Program-made: the position numbers and the translations under genes
Shown here: in pieces, positions 62,625 through 64,000 of the stretch
How the letters are laid out: the number at the start of each line of letters is the position of its first letter
Position numbering within the stretch: the first letter of the stretch is position 1
Notes under the pieces: model-generated
Told to the model about the DNA's origin: nothing
Databases searched by the model: none
What the model saw: the letters and a program-made list of their open reading frames with translations, nothing else
Assembly (NCBI GenBank): GCA_001802945.1
Contig: MHAK01000075.1
Location: forward strand, 4,053 to 68,052
Reading direction: 5' to 3'
Source of the DNA: Ignavibacteria bacterium RIFCSPLOWO2_12_FULL_56_21
GTDB lineage: Bacteria > Bacteroidota > Ignavibacteria > UBA10030
Length of the DNA: 64,000 nt

Positions 62625-63556
62625 GTGCCCTCCCGAGGAATGCATACCCGTACTGCGGCGGGGACCGCTTCGATCGAGCACGGCGTCACGCCCAGATATT
62701 CGCCGTCAGCCTCGATCTCCACCGAATCTTCGGCGGCAATCGTCAGCGAGCGGACAGGTCGGAGCGAAAAATGCGGGGTGTGCACATGCCGGGCTGAGTA
62801 AATGCGGCGAAGGTTCGCGAGGCGAACGGGGAGCGACTGTTCCTTCATGACGAGAAGGTCGAGTGTTCCGTCGAACGGGTTCGCTCCCGGCGTCAGATTC
62901 ATTCCGCCGCCGGTGAACTGACCGTTGCCGATGACGACGCCAAGCACCCGGTGCGATTCGATCGCATGACCGTCAACTGCGATGGTCAGGTCTTGATTCG
63001 GATGACGGAACAGCATCCTGAATGCGCCGAGAGCGAACGTCATTCGGCCGTTCATTCGTTTCGGTGCGGATTCAACTTCGCGCACGACTGCGGCGCCGAT
63101 TCCAAGCTGGCATTCGTTGACGAATAATCGTCCGCACAGCGTACGTCGCCGGTCCCGGAAGCGAACGTGTCCCAGGTCCATGGCGCGGGAATTGCCCGCG
63201 GCGATGACGCCGATCTGATCACGGAGGCCGCGAGGAAGATTGAGTCCCTGGGCCAATCCTTGTCCGGTGCCGCTACTGAGAATGCCGAGCGTGGGAAGGG
63301 AGGACGTGGGGGCGCCGTTGATGCGGAGTCCGTTGACGACCTCCTGAACAGTACCGTCGCCGCCGACGGCTATGATCGTGCGGATGGAGTGCTCGGAGGC
63401 GAGCCGTAGTGCAGTCGCTTCGGCTTCGCCGCGTACGCACGTGACGTGGATTCGGAGTTCGTTCCCAAGCTGTCCGCGAAGCGCTTCGATCAGCGCCGGG
63501 GCCCGGGTGCCGGTTTTTCCGCCGGCGGAGGCAGGATTGATGATACAGGCAATCAT
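62621..63556 (-). CDS. Diacylglycerol-kinase-family lipid kinase (YegS/BmrU/DgkB-like)
   Basis: IACIINPASAGGKTG...IIAVGGDGTVQEVVNGL (GGDGT motif)...LGILSSGTGQGLAQGL... Confidence 0.85.
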   Translation of the reverse strand: MIACIINPASAGGKTGTRAPALIEALRGQLGNELRIHVTCVRGEAEATALRLASEHSIRTIIAVGGDGTVQEVVNGLRINGAPTSSLPTLGILSSGTGQGLAQGLNLPRGLRDQIGVIAAGNSRAMDLGHVRFRDRRRTLCGRLFVNECQLGIGAAVVREVESAPKRMNGRMTFALGAFRMLFRHPNQDLTIAVDGHAIESHRVLGVVIGNGQFTGGGMNLTPGANPFDGTLDLLVMKEQSLPVRLANLRRIYSARHVHTPHFSLRPVRSLTIAAEDSVEIEADGEYLGVTPCSIEAVPAAVRVCIPREGT

Positions 63557-63683
63557 GACGGCGGCATAATAGCCGGCCCGCCGTCGACAATTGTCAGTTC
63601 AATGGCAGGAATGTGTCAAGAACTTGTCAAGCAGTTGATGAACTTCTTCCTCGATGACCTTTTTGCAGGCAATTGTACGTTCC

Positions 63684-64000
63684 TCATGGATGTTCGATAC
63701 CCTTTGGATAACGGTCTGCGGCCAGATTCAATTGCACCCTGTGTTCAAGCAGTGCCTTCAGTCCGGCGAGCACCAGCGAAAAGCCTTGCGTCGATCCAGT
63801 GGCCTGCAGTACACGTTCGTCGCCGGTTCCCGTAAAACCCGCTCTGTGATGTCCACAAATCCGCCTTGTGATTCTGGATGACCGGAGGGGGTATGTACAG
63901 TCCGATGTGGCGTGATGGAAAGCGAAAGTAGGCAAGCCGACCTTTTAGGCCATAATACGGTATCCCGTAGCTGATCTTTTCATCCGCATCCGGTGCGGCT
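63684..64000 (-). pseudogene. Possible DUF1801/YdhG-like gene fragment running in from the right edge, with an apparent frameshift
   Basis: My translation of one minus-strand frame from 63999: AAPDADEKISYGIPYYGLKGRLAYF..HIGLYIPPPVIQNHKADL, which is DUF1801-like. This frame stops near 63746. The track ORF 63684-63935, in another frame, ends ...GFSLVLAGLKALLEHRVQL. Very tentative. Confidence 0.25.

Noticed and set aside
63446-63835. 129-aa plus-strand ORF overlapping the start of the lipid-kinase gene
   Set aside because: Its first third is antisense to the DAG-kinase-family gene. The remainder has no motif, RBS or homology that I can recognise.
1-64000. Search for tRNA, rRNA, transposase, integrase, phage or cas genes across the window
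   Set aside because: The intergenic regions are short, and none folds into an obvious cloverleaf by eye. No ORF shows DDE, tyrosine/serine recombinase, capsid/terminase or Cas signatures. A covariance-model scan (tRNAscan/Infernal) would be needed to be definitive for small RNAs.

Overview
This is a GC-rich bacterial chromosomal segment. I found no rRNA, tRNA, CRISPR array, transposase or integrase. A T9SS C-terminal sorting domain, a propeller/Y_Y_Y sensor kinase and GH92/GH27 glycosidases suggest an FCB-superphylum organism (Bacteroidota/Ignavibacteriota/Rhodothermota-like). About 55 protein-coding genes are supported; all calls rest on motif recognition by eye, not on alignments. The long antisense ORFs in the track are high-GC artefacts. 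Content from left to right: (1) glycosidases, a PLP decarboxylase, chrA, cutC and a tri-haem cytochrome c. (2) A minus-strand string of ECF sigma, soluble ZAS anti-sigma, three copies of a 2TM+zinc-ribbon module and a cNMP/GAF/PP2C phosphatase, sitting divergent to a thioredoxin gene. (3) A propeller histidine kinase with a LuxR-type regulator. (4) The most unusual locus: three pseudopilin-like genes with degenerate N-termini, a terminator, then a HerA/FtsK-type (DUF87) ATPase with a GspF-like platform and a GspE-like ATPase. A dense phosphorelay island follows it, with six receiver-type domains including one Glu-for-Asp pseudo-receiver and one degenerate kinase. (5) YebC, an RsbW/RsbV-like pair, an ECF sigma and an anti-sigma whose whole ectodomain is 28 in-phase 27-nt repeats. 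Next come an HExxH/propeller/beta-barrel protein and a PrsW protease. (6) A low-GC GxxExxY cassette bracketed by inverted arrays of four 10-bp repeats; a third array lies at 4.4 kb, and a 14 x 7-bp repeat tract follows the next gene. (7) GH27, an EEP-Omp85 fusion, an OmpR/PDZ-kinase pair and a T9SS 5'-nucleotidase. (8) A tightly coupled 10-gene minus-strand operon: lipid kinase, PEMT-like methyltransferase, BtaA-like DUF3419, GNAT, Orn/DAP-type decarboxylase, class II aldolase-domain protein and a MacB-like ABC exporter. It looks like an undescribed amino/betaine-lipid head-group pathway.
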